A stretch of 64,000 nt of DNA from an uncultured Gemmatimonadaceae bacterium. GTDB lineage: Bacteria; Gemmatimonadota; Gemmatimonadetes; Gemmatimonadales; Gemmatimonadaceae. Below, one piece after another: positions 48,883 to 60,085 of this stretch. How positions within the stretch are numbered: position 1 is the first letter of the stretch; every line of letters begins with the position of its first letter. The stretch is from the NCBI GenBank assembly GCA_963751275.1, contig CAVVTZ010000011.1, positions 374,925-438,924 of the forward strand. The letters run 5' to 3'. Both the position numbers and the translations under genes were made by a program. The notes below the pieces were generated by a model. That model was not told where the DNA came from, did not search any database, and saw nothing but the letters and a program-made list of their open reading frames with translations.

Positions 48883-51105
48883 TCACGGACTCCCGCCCGG
48901 CACCACCGATGCCGACGCGGGAACGGGCGCCGGCGCCGTCTGCGCCGCGGCCGGCTTCGCCTTGATGTCGGTGCCGAGCCGCTCGAGATACGCGACCAGC
49001 GCGACGATCTCCTTGTCCGCAAGCTCCGGCGGGCCGCCGTTCGCCGCGATGTCGGCCGCGATCGCTTTCGCCTGCTCGTGCGCCATCGCCGGCGCCCGGT
49101 TGATCGCGTCGCCGTACGGCACGCCGAGCATCGCCATCACGTCCACGCGCTTCTGGATGCCATCGAAGTCCAGCGCGTTGCTCTGGAGATGCGAGTACGA
49201 CGGCATGATCGACTTCGGCGAGATCGAGCGCGGATCGTACATGTGCCGCACGTGCCAGAGCGCCGGATACTTGCCGCCCTCGCGCGCGAGATCGGGACCG
49301 ATGCGGCGCGACCCCCACAGGAACGGGTGATCGTACACGCTCTCGCCCGGCTTCGAGTAGTCGCCGTAGCGCTCGGTCTCGTGGCGGAACGGACGGATCA
49401 TCTGCGAGTGACAGTTGAAGCAGCCCTCGCGGATGTAGATGTCCCGCCCCGCCAGCTCCAGCGGCGTGTACGGCTTCACGCTCGCGATGGTCGGCACGTT
49501 GGACCGGATGAGGAACGTCGGGATGATCTCGAAGAGCGACGCGACGACGATCGCCACCACCACGAGCACGGTGAAGGTGAGCGGCATGCGCTCCCACGTC
49601 CGGTGCCACGCGAGCCCCACGAAGCGGCTCCACGCGCCGGCCGGCTCGGCCGCCGGCTTGGGCGCCGTGAGCGGCAGCAGCGGCGCCGCCTGCACCACCG
49701 GCACATCGTACGTGGCCGGGCGGTGCTTCCACGTCATCACGATGTTGTAGATGAACAGCACCATGCCCGCGATGTACATCGTGCCGCCGGCCACGCGCAC
49801 CCAGTACATCGGCATCAGCCGCGCCGTCGTCTCGATGAAGTCGGGGTACTGCAGCCGCCCGGTCGCGTCGAACGCGCGCCACATCAGCCCCTGCGTGATT
49901 CCCGCGCTGTAGATCGACACGACGTACAGCAGGATGCCGAACGTCGCGATCCAGAAGTGCGTCTCGGCGAGCTTCTTCGAGTGCAGCGGCGCCTGGAAGA
50001 GGCGCGGCGCCAGCCAGTAGACCATGCCGAACGTCATGAACCCGTTCCAGCCCAGCGTTCCGGTGTGCACGTGCGCGATCACCCAGTCGGTATAGTGCGC
50101 GAGCGAGTTCACCGTCTTGATCGAGAGCATCGGGCCCTCGAACGTGCTCATGCCGTACGCGGTCACGGCGATCACGAAGAACTTGAGCACCGGCTCTTCG
50201 ACCACCTTGTGCCACGCGCCGCGCAGGGTGAGCAGGCCGTTGATCATGCCGCCCCAGCTCGGCGCGAGCAGCATCAGCGAGAAGACCATGCCGAGCGTAC
50301 TCGCCCAATTCGGGAGCGCCGTGTAGTGCAGATGGTGCGGGCCGGCCCAGATATAGAGGAACACCAGCGTCCAGAAATGCAGGATCGAGAGCCGGTACGA
50401 GAAGATCGGACGCTCGGCGGCCTTCGGCAGGAAGTAGTACATCATCCCGAGGAACGGCGTCGTGAGGAAGAACGCCACCGCGTTGTGGCCGTACCACCAC
50501 TGCATGAACGCGTCCTGCACGCCGGCGTAGATCGAGTAGCTCTTCAGCGGCGAGACCGGGATCGACAGGTTGTTGAAGATGTGCAGCACCGCGACGGTCA
50601 CGATGCTCGCGATGTAGAACCAGATCGCGACGTACAGGTAGCGTTCGCGGCGCTTCGCGATCGTGCCGAAGAAGTTCACGGCGAAGGCCACCCACACGAC
50701 GGCGATCGCGATGTCGATCGGCCACTCCAGCTCGGCGTATTCCTTGGCCTGCGTGAAGCCGAGCGGGAGCGTGATCGCCGCGGCGACGATGATCGCCTGC
50801 CACCCCCAGAAATGGAATCTGCTCAAGCCGTCGGAGAACATCCGCGTCTTGAGCAGGCGCTGCGAAGAGTAATACGCACCGGTGAAGAAGGCATTCCCCG
50901 CGAAGGCGAAGATCGCCGCGTTCGTGTGGAGCGGTCGCAGTCGCCCGAAGGCGAGGATCGGACCGAGATTGAACATGGGGTTCGCGAGCTGCAGTGCGAT
51001 CAGTAGCCCGACGAGCATGGCGACGAGGCCCCAGAGGAGCGTGGCGAACAGGAACTTGCGTACGATGTCGTCGTCGTACGTGAATGAGTCCATTCGCGCA
51101 TTCAT
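48883..51105 (-). CDS. ccoN: cbb3 oxidase fused subunits I and II (CcoNO)
   Basis: FGRLRPLHT, WWYGHNAV, GPHHL, AHVH; then YIREGCFNCHSQMIRP, WGSRRIGPDL, SIMP in one frame. Confidence 0.97.
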   Translation of the reverse strand: MNARMDSFTYDDDIVRKFLFATLLWGLVAMLVGLLIALQLANPMFNLGPILAFGRLRPLHTNAAIFAFAGNAFFTGAYYSSQRLLKTRMFSDGLSRFHFWGWQAIIVAAAITLPLGFTQAKEYAELEWPIDIAIAVVWVAFAVNFFGTIAKRRERYLYVAIWFYIASIVTVAVLHIFNNLSIPVSPLKSYSIYAGVQDAFMQWWYGHNAVAFFLTTPFLGMMYYFLPKAAERPIFSYRLSILHFWTLVFLYIWAGPHHLHYTALPNWASTLGMVFSLMLLAPSWGGMINGLLTLRGAWHKVVEEPVLKFFVIAVTAYGMSTFEGPMLSIKTVNSLAHYTDWVIAHVHTGTLGWNGFMTFGMVYWLAPRLFQAPLHSKKLAETHFWIATFGILLYVVSIYSAGITQGLMWRAFDATGRLQYPDFIETTARLMPMYWVRVAGGTMYIAGMVLFIYNIVMTWKHRPATYDVPVVQAAPLLPLTAPKPAAEPAGAWSRFVGLAWHRTWERMPLTFTVLVVVAIVVASLFEIIPTFLIRSNVPTIASVKPYTPLELAGRDIYIREGCFNCHSQMIRPFRHETERYGDYSKPGESVYDHPFLWGSRRIGPDLAREGGKYPALWHVRHMYDPRSISPKSIMPSYSHLQSNALDFDGIQKRVDVMAMLGVPYGDAINRAPAMAHEQAKAIAADIAANGGPPELADKEIVALVAYLERLGTDIKAKPAAAQTAPAPVPASASVVPGGSP

Positions 51106-51212
51106 CGGCCGTTCCGCTCCGGTTCGGGGGATGCGGAATGATGCAGGCCGCGGAACGCGACCGCCATTGCGAAGGGGCCCTACAGAAATGTGAGGGAAAG
51201 ACCTACAGCGCA

Positions 51213-51291
51213 GCCGTTGGACGTGAGACGAGCAACGGCAACGAATGCACCGGGGCCCGGTCAGTCGTTGGCAGTTCTAACGGCCAACGTC
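51213..51291. repeat. Long imperfect hairpin with heptamer-like arms
   Basis: cgttggacgtgag vs ctaacggccaacg (11/13 complementary); inner aacggcaacga/tcgttggcagtt and accgg/ccggt. Confidence 0.55.
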
Positions 51292-51298
51292 TTCGCTG

Positions 51299-52462
51299 TT
51301 AGAGCGCCGCGAGCTCCGCGCCGCATCGCTCGCAGTACCACTCGGTGGGATAGTTCAGCGTGCCGCACTCCTGGCACTTGAGCGTCTTCACCTGCTCCGG
51401 TGGGACGTCGCGCAGATACGCGGGCACGGTCTCCGCCGACGCGCGCGGCTTCGTGACGGTCTCGAGCTCCATGGAGATCGACGGATCGATGATCTTCGAC
51501 TTCGCCGACGCCTCCGCGGCCGCCGTCGCGGCGACGGACTCGCGCATTGGCGGCGCGGTGGCGAGGGTCTCGATCACCGGCGCGGCGGCCGCAACCGGCG
51601 CAGCGGGCTCCGGCGCCGTCTCCTTGGCGGGCTCCTTCTCCGGTTCCTTCGCCTTCGCGGCCGCCGGCTCCGGCGCGGGCGGCTTCTCCGGCGCGGGAGC
51701 GGGCGCCGCCTTCGACGCCGCGCCCGACGCGCTCGCGCCGTTCCCGACCGCCGCGTGATCGCCGCTCTTCTTCGCATCCACCATCGAGCGCAGGAATTCG
51801 AGATCGTCGAACGGACTCGCGGGCGCCGCCGGTTCCGGCGCCGCGCCGCGCGCGCTCACCGCGAGCGGGTCGCCCGCCTCGAGTCCCCACGCGTCGCGTT
51901 CGGCCGCCGCCGGCGCCGCGGGTACGGCGGCACCCTTCGAGCTCCGCTTGGGCGACGGCACCGCGGGCACGGCCGGCGGCGTCTCCGTCACCGTGACGTC
52001 CGATGCGCCGATCTCCAGCACTCCGATCTCGCCGTCGTCGCCGAGCATCGCGCGCAGGTTCGTGAGCTCCGCCGTCACCCGCAACCGCTCCGCGGTCACC
52101 TGCTCGAGTCCGAGCGCGGTGCGCTCGAGGATCTCGCGATGCTCCTCGGGTTCGAGCTCGCCCACGTTCTCGCGCAGCTCGGCTTCGGCCATCTCGTCGC
52201 GGTGCTTCGCCTCATCGATGTCGAGCGACGTCAGTCGGTCGGCGAGGCCCTGCTCCATCTCGCGCAGCGCGGCGCGGTGGCGGCCCAGCTGCTCGTTCAC
52301 CCGCTGGAGTCGCGCCGTGTAGTCGGCGTGGACGCGGGTGTAGATATGCGCCGGCGTCACGGCGCGCTTCGCGTCGAGCGTGGCGAGCCACGACTCGAAA
52401 CGCCGCCGCTCCGCGAAGAGCGCTGCGACCGCTTGTGCCGACTGTTGTGGCGATTCCGTCAT
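51299..52462 (-). CDS. Coiled-coil protein with low-complexity linker and C-terminal zinc ribbon
   Basis: Helical N-terminus; Ala/Pro/Glu linker; CQECGTLNYPTEWYCERCG. Confidence 0.8.
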   Translation of the reverse strand: MTESPQQSAQAVAALFAERRRFESWLATLDAKRAVTPAHIYTRVHADYTARLQRVNEQLGRHRAALREMEQGLADRLTSLDIDEAKHRDEMAEAELRENVGELEPEEHREILERTALGLEQVTAERLRVTAELTNLRAMLGDDGEIGVLEIGASDVTVTETPPAVPAVPSPKRSSKGAAVPAAPAAAERDAWGLEAGDPLAVSARGAAPEPAAPASPFDDLEFLRSMVDAKKSGDHAAVGNGASASGAASKAAPAPAPEKPPAPEPAAAKAKEPEKEPAKETAPEPAAPVAAAAPVIETLATAPPMRESVAATAAAEASAKSKIIDPSISMELETVTKPRASAETVPAYLRDVPPEQVKTLKCQECGTLNYPTEWYCERCGAELAAL

Positions 52463-52584
52463 GCCATCTCCATCCGCCGCGCGTCACCCCGCAGGCACGT
52501 CTGCCTACGATGAATATATCCTAACTAAGACACTCCGCCCTTGCGAACGGTAACATATGGCGTCGCTTGGACTTCCGACGCTGG

Positions 52585-53871
52585 CTAGGCGCCGTGGCGG
52601 AAGACGAGGCGCCCGCCGACGATCGTCGCGAGCGTGCGGCCGCGGAGCGTGCGGCCCGCGTACGGCGTGTTGCGCCCCTTGGAGAGGAACGCGCCCGGTT
52701 CCACGGTCCATTCGTGCTTCGGATCGAAGACGGTCACATCCGCGACCGATCCGGCGCGCAGCGTGCCGCCCGGCAGCCCGAAGAGCCGGGCCGGCCGCGT
52801 GGACATCCGGTCCACCAGCGTCGCGAAGTCGACGATCCCCGGCTCGACGAGTTCCGTGACGACCAGCGCGAGCGCGGTCTCGAGTCCGACGATCCCGAAC
52901 GGCGCGTCGGCGAACTCGCGCTCCTTCGCATCGTAGTGATGCGGCGCGTGGTCGGTGGCGATCAGGTCGATCGTGCCGTCGCGCAGCGCTTCGCGCAGCG
53001 ACTCGACGTCCGCCGCCGTACGCAGCGGCGGATTCATCTTCGCCGCCGTGTCGTACTCGCTCACCGCGTCCTCGGTGAGCGTCAGGTGGTGCGGCGTCAC
53101 CTCGGCGGTCACGCGAATGCCGCGCTCCTTCCCCCAGCGGATCAGCTCGACGCTCCCCTTCGTGCTCATGTGCGCGAGATGCACGTGGCCGCCCGTGCGG
53201 CGCGCGAGCAGGATGTCGCGGATCACCATGATCTCCTCGGCTTCCGCGGGAATCCCTCGCAGTCCGAGCCGCGCGCTCAGGTATCCCTCGTTCATCGACG
53301 CCGCCGAAGGCGAGCGACGGCTCCTCGCAGTGATCGATCACCGGGATATTGAACGTCTGCGCGTACTCGAGGGCGGTGCGCATCAGTTGCGCGCTCACCA
53401 CCGGCCTGCCGTCATCGCTCACGGCGATCGCGCCCGCGCCCACCATCTCGCCGAACTCGGCGAGCGCTTCGCCCTTCTGGCCCACCGAGATCGCGCCGAT
53501 CGGATAGACGCGCGCCGCGCCGGCGCGCATCGCCTGGCGGATGATGAAGCCCACCGCCGCCTGGTTGTCGGTGACCGGATCGGTGTTGGGCATCGCGCAG
53601 ATCGCGGTGAACCCGCCGGCCGCCGCGGCGCGCGCGCCGGTGGCGATCGTCTCGACGTCCTCGCGTCCCGGCTCGCGCAGATGGCAGTGCACGTCCACGA
53701 AACCCGGCGTCACTACGCAGCCGGCGCAGTCGATCACCTGGGCATCGTCGCCGCCGTCGATCGTGCCGCCGGCGCGCGCGATCTTGCCGTCCACCACCAG
53801 CACGTCGCCCACCGCGTCGAGCTTCTGCGCGGGATCGAGCAGCCGCCCGCCCTTGAGCAAGAGGATCGGGT

Positions 53872-53875
<4 letters not shown>
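52585..53875 (-). CDS. pyrC: Dihydroorotase (frameshift ~53295)
   Basis: [35 protein letters not shown]. Confidence 0.95.
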
Positions 53876-54847
<972 letters not shown>

Positions 54848-54851
<4 letters not shown>

Positions 54852-55399
54852 GCGTCCGCTCCGCCGCGCACCAGGATCACCGCATCCTTGCCGTCGAGCT
54901 CCGCGACCATGACGTCCACGCGGTCGCCGGCGTCCACCGTCACCTTCTTGCCGACGACGTCGGCGTGGATCGGGAGTTCGCGCCCGCCCCGGTCCACCAG
55001 CACCGCCAGGGCGATCCGGGCCGGCCGGCCGAAGTCGGCCAGCTCGTCGAGCGCGGCTCGAACGGTGCGTCCGGTGTACAACACGTCATCGACGATGACC
55101 ACACACTTCCCTTCGAGGTCCCACGGCAGGTCGGTGGGCCCGACCACCGGCCGCGGGCCGACGGTCTGGAGATCGTCGCGGTACAGCGTGATGTCGAGCG
55201 AGCCGCGCGGGACGCTCGATTTCTCACTTTCGCCGATCAGCGCGCCAAGGCGGGCAGCGAGCTGCACGCCCCTTCGCTGGATGCCAACGATCACTAGATT
55301 GTCGGAACCATCGTTGAGCTCGATGATCTCATCCGCCATGCGGCGGAGGGTGCGGTCTACCGCTTTCGCGTCGAGCAGGGTCGTGGTCGAGTTTGGCAT
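54848..55399 (-). CDS. pyrR: PyrR bifunctional regulator / uracil phosphoribosyltransferase
   Basis: [34 protein letters not shown]. Confidence 0.95.
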
Positions 55400-55457
55400 C
55401 GCGCCGCAATATATCCCGCGGGCGACGCCGAGACAAAAGGGCGCGAGGCCTACCGGC

Positions 55458-56072
55458 ATGTCCGAGACGTTGCTGCATCTCGTCGAACACTTCGGGTACG
55501 TGATGGTGGCGGCGCTCATCCTGGCGGAAGGGGTGGGTCTCCCGCTGCCCGGGGAAGCCGCGCTCGTGATCGGGTCGGCCCTCGCGGCCACCACCGGGCG
55601 GCTCACGCTCACCGGCGTGATGATCGCGGCGGCCGTCGGCGCGATCGGCGGTGCGGCGGCCGGCTACTGGATCGGAGCCTCGCTGAGCGACGAGCGGCTG
55701 CACCGCTGGGCCGCCCGGTTCGGCATGGCGCCCGCCCGCTTCGAGCGCGCCCAGCACACCTTCCGCAAGCACATCGTGCGCACCGCGATCATCGGCCGGT
55801 TCGTCACTTTGCTGCGCATGGTCGTGGCGTTGCTCGCGGGGGCGAGCCGCATGCCATTCTGGGCGTTCATGCTCTACAGCTCGATCGGCGCGCTGATCTG
55901 GACGGGGGTCTACGGCACCCTTGGCTACCTGTTCGGCAGCAATCTGCCGCGCTTGGAGCACGAGCTGGGCCGGAGTTCGGTGATCATCCTGCTCACCGTG
56001 ATCCTCGTTGGCGTACTATTGTATGCCCGCCACCGGCGCCGGGTGGAATCCGAGCCGGAGCCGGCGCCATGA
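55458..56072 (+). CDS. DedA-family membrane protein
   Basis: EGVGLPLPGE, GYWIG, GRFV.LLR, AG..RM. Confidence 0.92.
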   Translation: MSETLLHLVEHFGYVMVAALILAEGVGLPLPGEAALVIGSALAATTGRLTLTGVMIAAAVGAIGGAAAGYWIGASLSDERLHRWAARFGMAPARFERAQHTFRKHIVRTAIIGRFVTLLRMVVALLAGASRMPFWAFMLYSSIGALIWTGVYGTLGYLFGSNLPRLEHELGRSSVIILLTVILVGVLLYARHRRRVESEPEPAP

Positions 56073-57019
56073 CCGGAGCGCGCCGGGCCCTGATCTGGTC
56101 CTTCCTCGTGGCGACGGCATCGGCGGCGTCGGCACAGGCGCCGTCCGCCCCGCCACGCGCGCGCGACACGACATACGCGTGCCCGAGCTGCCGCTTCCGC
56201 GCGAGCGCCAACGCGTATACCGCCGCGTCGGCGCGCGTGACCGGCGCCTGGCACGATTACTACGCGGCGATGGCGGCCTATGAGGCCTGCATGGCCACGA
56301 GCATCGCCGCCAACGCCGGCCGCTGCGGCGAATTGCCGAACCAGCCGGCCGGCAGTCCCTGCACCGCCCCCAGCGACAAGGGCATCGCGCTCTGCAACGC
56401 GACGATCCCGCCTGAACAATCCGGCGCGGAATTCGTCGCATTACCGGACAGTCTCGCCTCGATCGATCTCAGGCAGGCGGCGTTCACGTCGGCGGGGAGC
56501 GTGCGATATGTGTGGGATGCCTTGAAGGCGCGCGAGGAATTGAAACCGTCGAGGCGCACACGCGACAGCGCGGCCACATCGCAGCGCCGGCACACGGCCG
56601 ACAGCCTGCTCGATGCGCTGCAGGCGCAGGCCGAGCCGCCGCCGTTCGAGCAGCACGCGTCCAAGATCGCCCTCGACGCAGGGATCGCGCAGCTCAATCA
56701 CGCCGCGATCAGCGACGACGCCGACGAATACATCGATGCGCTCCGTTTCATCTCCTTCGCCGACAGCCTGCACCCATCGCCGGAATCCAAGTTCGTGCTG
56801 GGCCTCATCACGTACCAGATCGGCGAGCATGCGCTGCTCGCGGCGTGGGAGATCCACAACTGCAGCGTGGTGCTGCTGGCGTCGGACGCGATCATGAAGT
56901 CGGACCGCTATCTGTCGCAGAACTCGATCGTCGCGCCGGAGAACGCGATGAAGCTCCGGCGGTCGCTCGTGCTGATGCAGAAGGACGCGACGGAACTCGT
57001 CACGCGAAGATGCCTTTGA
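56069..57019 (+). CDS. Secreted Cys-rich hypothetical protein
   Basis: Signal peptide (ASAQ); 8 Cys; ATGA overlap with DedA. Confidence 0.65.
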   Translation: MTGARRALIWSFLVATASAASAQAPSAPPRARDTTYACPSCRFRASANAYTAASARVTGAWHDYYAAMAAYEACMATSIAANAGRCGELPNQPAGSPCTAPSDKGIALCNATIPPEQSGAEFVALPDSLASIDLRQAAFTSAGSVRYVWDALKAREELKPSRRTRDSAATSQRRHTADSLLDALQAQAEPPPFEQHASKIALDAGIAQLNHAAISDDADEYIDALRFISFADSLHPSPESKFVLGLITYQIGEHALLAAWEIHNCSVVLLASDAIMKSDRYLSQNSIVAPENAMKLRRSLVLMQKDATELVTRRCL

Positions 57020-57110
57020 ACGATGGACGGCGACTGCCGACTGTCGGCTGTCGCTATCTACTCCTGGCGGCGGTCGAGTTCACGGTCGCCTGTAGTCGCG
57101 GTGAAGATCC

Positions 57111-57197
57111 CATCGTGTTCATCATGTAGATCCTGTCAAAGCGGTTCGTGGTCTTCCAACGAACTACGTTGACAGGATTCACCTGATGAACATGATC
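57111..57197. repeat. Palindromic element B (3x 9-mer arms)
   Basis: catcgtgtt-catcatgta-gatcctgtc / gacaggatt-cacctgatg-aacatgatc; homologous to 19889-19978. Confidence 0.8.
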
Positions 57198-57199
57198 GC

Positions 57200-57662
57200 T
57201 CAACGAACCGGCGCGTGCATCGCCGTCAACGCGAACCAGAAGATCGCGGACGACATGATGATCTCGAGGATCGGCCCGATCGCGGCGCTGCGCTCACGCG
57301 TGTCCACCGGCTTGAACATCAGCACGATATGCGTCGCGGCCAGCAGCGCGAGGAACGTCGCATCCACGATGGCGACCGTCGCCATCGCGGTCACGCTCGA
57401 GAGCCGCACGACGGTCGCGATCGCCACCGCGCCCCAGGCCGAGATGCGCGAGTCCCACCTCGATCCCCGCATCGCTGCGCCGCTGCAGCATCTCGCTCGC
57501 GAAGATGCACACTCCGAACACGCCGACGCTCAGCAGCACTACCCAGCGCAAGCCGCGCACCGGATTGATCTGGTCGTACCCGAGCGCGAAACCAATGAAT
57601 GCGGCCGCATGACCGCCCCACATCAGGATCGAAGCTGCGCGGGCCGTCCGCGGCGCGGTCAT
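57200..57662 (-). CDS. Hypothetical multi-pass membrane protein (frameshift ~57440)
   Basis: Two consecutive hydrophobic ORF halves; ATG overlaps RidA stop. Confidence 0.55.
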
Positions 57663-58099
57663 TTCGCGCTCACCGCGCCGACGCACTCGATCTCCACGCG
57701 CGCACCGAGTGCGAGGCCACTCGTGCCGAAGGCGCTGCGCGCCGGCTTGTTGCCGGGGAAGAAGGTGACGTACACCGCGTTCATCTGCGCCCATTCGCCA
57801 ATGTCGGCCAGCATCACGGTGCACTTCACCACGTCATTCATCGAAGAGCCGTTCGCCTCGAGCAACTTCTTGACCTGCTCCATCGCGGCTTTCGTTTCCG
57901 GGCCAATGCCGCCGGCCACCGGTTTCGCGCCGGTGCTGTCCACACCGATCTGTCCCGACAAATAGACCATGCCATTCACGACCACGGCCGCCGAGAACGG
58001 CCGGGCGACGGGGCCGGGCATCGGCACGTAGGTGGCGGCGGTGTGCGTGGCGCACGCCGCGAGCAGCGCGATGACGGGAAGGAAGGCACGCTTGGTCAT
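57659..58099 (-). CDS. RidA/YjgF-family protein with lipoprotein signal
   Basis: PFSAAV, YLSGQIG, MN.VY, PARS, VEIEC; N-terminal LAAC lipobox. Confidence 0.88.
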   Translation of the reverse strand: MTKRAFLPVIALLAACATHTAATYVPMPGPVARPFSAAVVVNGMVYLSGQIGVDSTGAKPVAGGIGPETKAAMEQVKKLLEANGSSMNDVVKCTVMLADIGEWAQMNAVYVTFFPGNKPARSAFGTSGLALGARVEIECVGAVSAK

Positions 58100-58210
58100 G
58101 GCGACTCGGTGGCAAAGGGTGGGCCGACGGAGCGACTCCGCTAAACTAGCGATTCCGGGCGCGCGGCGATACAATCGCAATGTCCGACCACCCACCTCCG
58201 GGAGGAGTTC

Positions 58211-60085
58211 GTGGCCGACCCGCAATCCGAGCTGAGGGAGATCCGCGCTGGGCTCCGCTCGCTCGCCGATCGGCTGGACCGGTTGGAGCGTTCGCTCAAG
58301 AATGCGCCGGCGTCCGCCGCCGCTGAGCCCGCCACCGCGACACCGGCCCCCGCCGTCGGCGCGCCGCGCGCGCCGACGCCGGGGGAGATGTGGGAAGAGG
58401 CCGTGCGTCGGTCGCGCGCCGCGGGCGGCCCGGCGGCGGCAATGCCGCCCATCGCGCGAGCGTCCGCTCCGCCGCGCGCATCGGCGCTCACCAGCCGTGG
58501 GACCTCGGAGATGGAATCCAAGATCGGCGCCCATTGGCTGAATCGCATCGGGATCGCCGCGCTGCTGGTGGGCGTCGCGTACTTCCTGAAGCTCGCGTTC
58601 CAGAACGGATGGATCGGCCCCGCCGGCAGGGTCGCGATCGGGCTGGTGGCGGGGATCGCGGTGATCGCGTGGAGCGAGCGTTTCCGGTCGCGCGGCTACC
58701 AGTATTTCTCGATCGCCCTCAAAGCGGTGGGGATCGGCACGCTGTACCTGTCCCTGTGGGCGGCGTTCCAGCTCTACCATCTCATCCCGGGCTCCATCGC
58801 GTCGATCGCGATGATGGTCGTGACGGCCTCGGGGATCGCGATGGCGCTCGCGGAGCACGAGGAGATCCTCGCCGCGCTCGCATTGATCGGTGGGTTCGTC
58901 ACGCCGCTGCTCCTTTCCACCGGCGAGAACCGCGAGCTCCAACTCTTCTCGTACGTCGCACTGCTCGACGTGGCCAGCGTGGTGCTGGCGGTGCAGCGCC
59001 CGTGGCGGCGCCTGCTCTTCCTGAGCTTCGTCGGCACGATCTTCTTCTACACGGGCTGGTACTCCGAATTCTACGACGTCACACAGCTCCCGCTCACCGC
59101 CACGTTCGCGACGGTCTTCTTCGCGATCTTCGCGCTCGCGCCGCTCGCGGCGCGGCCCCTGGGCGAAGGTCATGTCGATCTGCCGGCCTTCCCGGTGCTG
59201 CTCACCCTCGGGAGCGCCGTCCTGTACTTCGCGCAGATCTACGTGATGCTCGAAGAGCCGTACCCGCACGGCGCCGCGTGGGTCGCGCTCGGCCTCGCGG
59301 CGTTCTATGTGACGCTCTCGCGCGTGTCGGAGGCGCGAAGTGCCGATCCCGTGGCCCGGTCGCCGCTGCGCCTGGTGCAGCTCGCGCTCGCCATTGGCTT
59401 CGTGACGATCGCGATCCCCATCCGCCTCGACGGCCAGTGGATCACCATCGGCTGGGCGGTGGAATCGGCCGCGCTGCTCTGGGTGGGCACGCGCATGCAG
59501 TCGGATCTCATCACGGGCCTGGGCGGCGCGGCGCTCATGCTCAGCATCGGGCGCCTCGTCGCGATCGACGACATGCGCACCGAGACGCATTTCCTCAACG
59601 CGCGCCTGGGCACCAACGCGATCGTGATCGCGATCCTCGGGGCGTTCGCGCAGGTGGGAGCAAAGCGCGGTGACGAGAACAGCCGGCAGGCTGCGCGGCT
59701 CGCCGTGGTGCTCATCAACATCCTCGCGCTCCTCGCCCTCTCGCGCGAAGTGAACGACCACTTCCTGTTCGAGCGCGCGCACGGCACGCTCGACGCGTCG
59801 CTCGGCATGCAGGAGGCGTTCACCTACTCCGGACTGTGGATGCTCTACGGCGCCCTGCTCATGACACTCGGCTTCATCCGGCGCTCGGCCGACCTGCGGT
59901 GGATGGCGCTCATCGTGATCGCCGTCACGATCGCGAAGGTCTTCCTCTACGACATCTCCGAGCTCGATCGCGCCTACCGCGTGGTCAGCTTCATCGTCCT
60001 CGGCGTGCTGCTGCTCGGGATCTCGTTCATGTACCAGCGCGGCTGGATCCAAATGCCGCACGATGACGCGGCGGCGGATCCGTGA
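58211..60085 (+). CDS. DUF2339-like polytopic membrane protein
   Basis: ESKIG..WLNRIG, FLKLAF..GWIGP..RV, GGFVTP, KVFLYD..L..YRVVSF. Confidence 0.85.
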   Translation: MADPQSELREIRAGLRSLADRLDRLERSLKNAPASAAAEPATATPAPAVGAPRAPTPGEMWEEAVRRSRAAGGPAAAMPPIARASAPPRASALTSRGTSEMESKIGAHWLNRIGIAALLVGVAYFLKLAFQNGWIGPAGRVAIGLVAGIAVIAWSERFRSRGYQYFSIALKAVGIGTLYLSLWAAFQLYHLIPGSIASIAMMVVTASGIAMALAEHEEILAALALIGGFVTPLLLSTGENRELQLFSYVALLDVASVVLAVQRPWRRLLFLSFVGTIFFYTGWYSEFYDVTQLPLTATFATVFFAIFALAPLAARPLGEGHVDLPAFPVLLTLGSAVLYFAQIYVMLEEPYPHGAAWVALGLAAFYVTLSRVSEARSADPVARSPLRLVQLALAIGFVTIAIPIRLDGQWITIGWAVESAALLWVGTRMQSDLITGLGGAALMLSIGRLVAIDDMRTETHFLNARLGTNAIVIAILGAFAQVGAKRGDENSRQAARLAVVLINILALLALSREVNDHFLFERAHGTLDASLGMQEAFTYSGLWMLYGALLMTLGFIRRSADLRWMALIVIAVTIAKVFLYDISELDRAYRVVSFIVLGVLLLGISFMYQRGWIQMPHDDAAADP

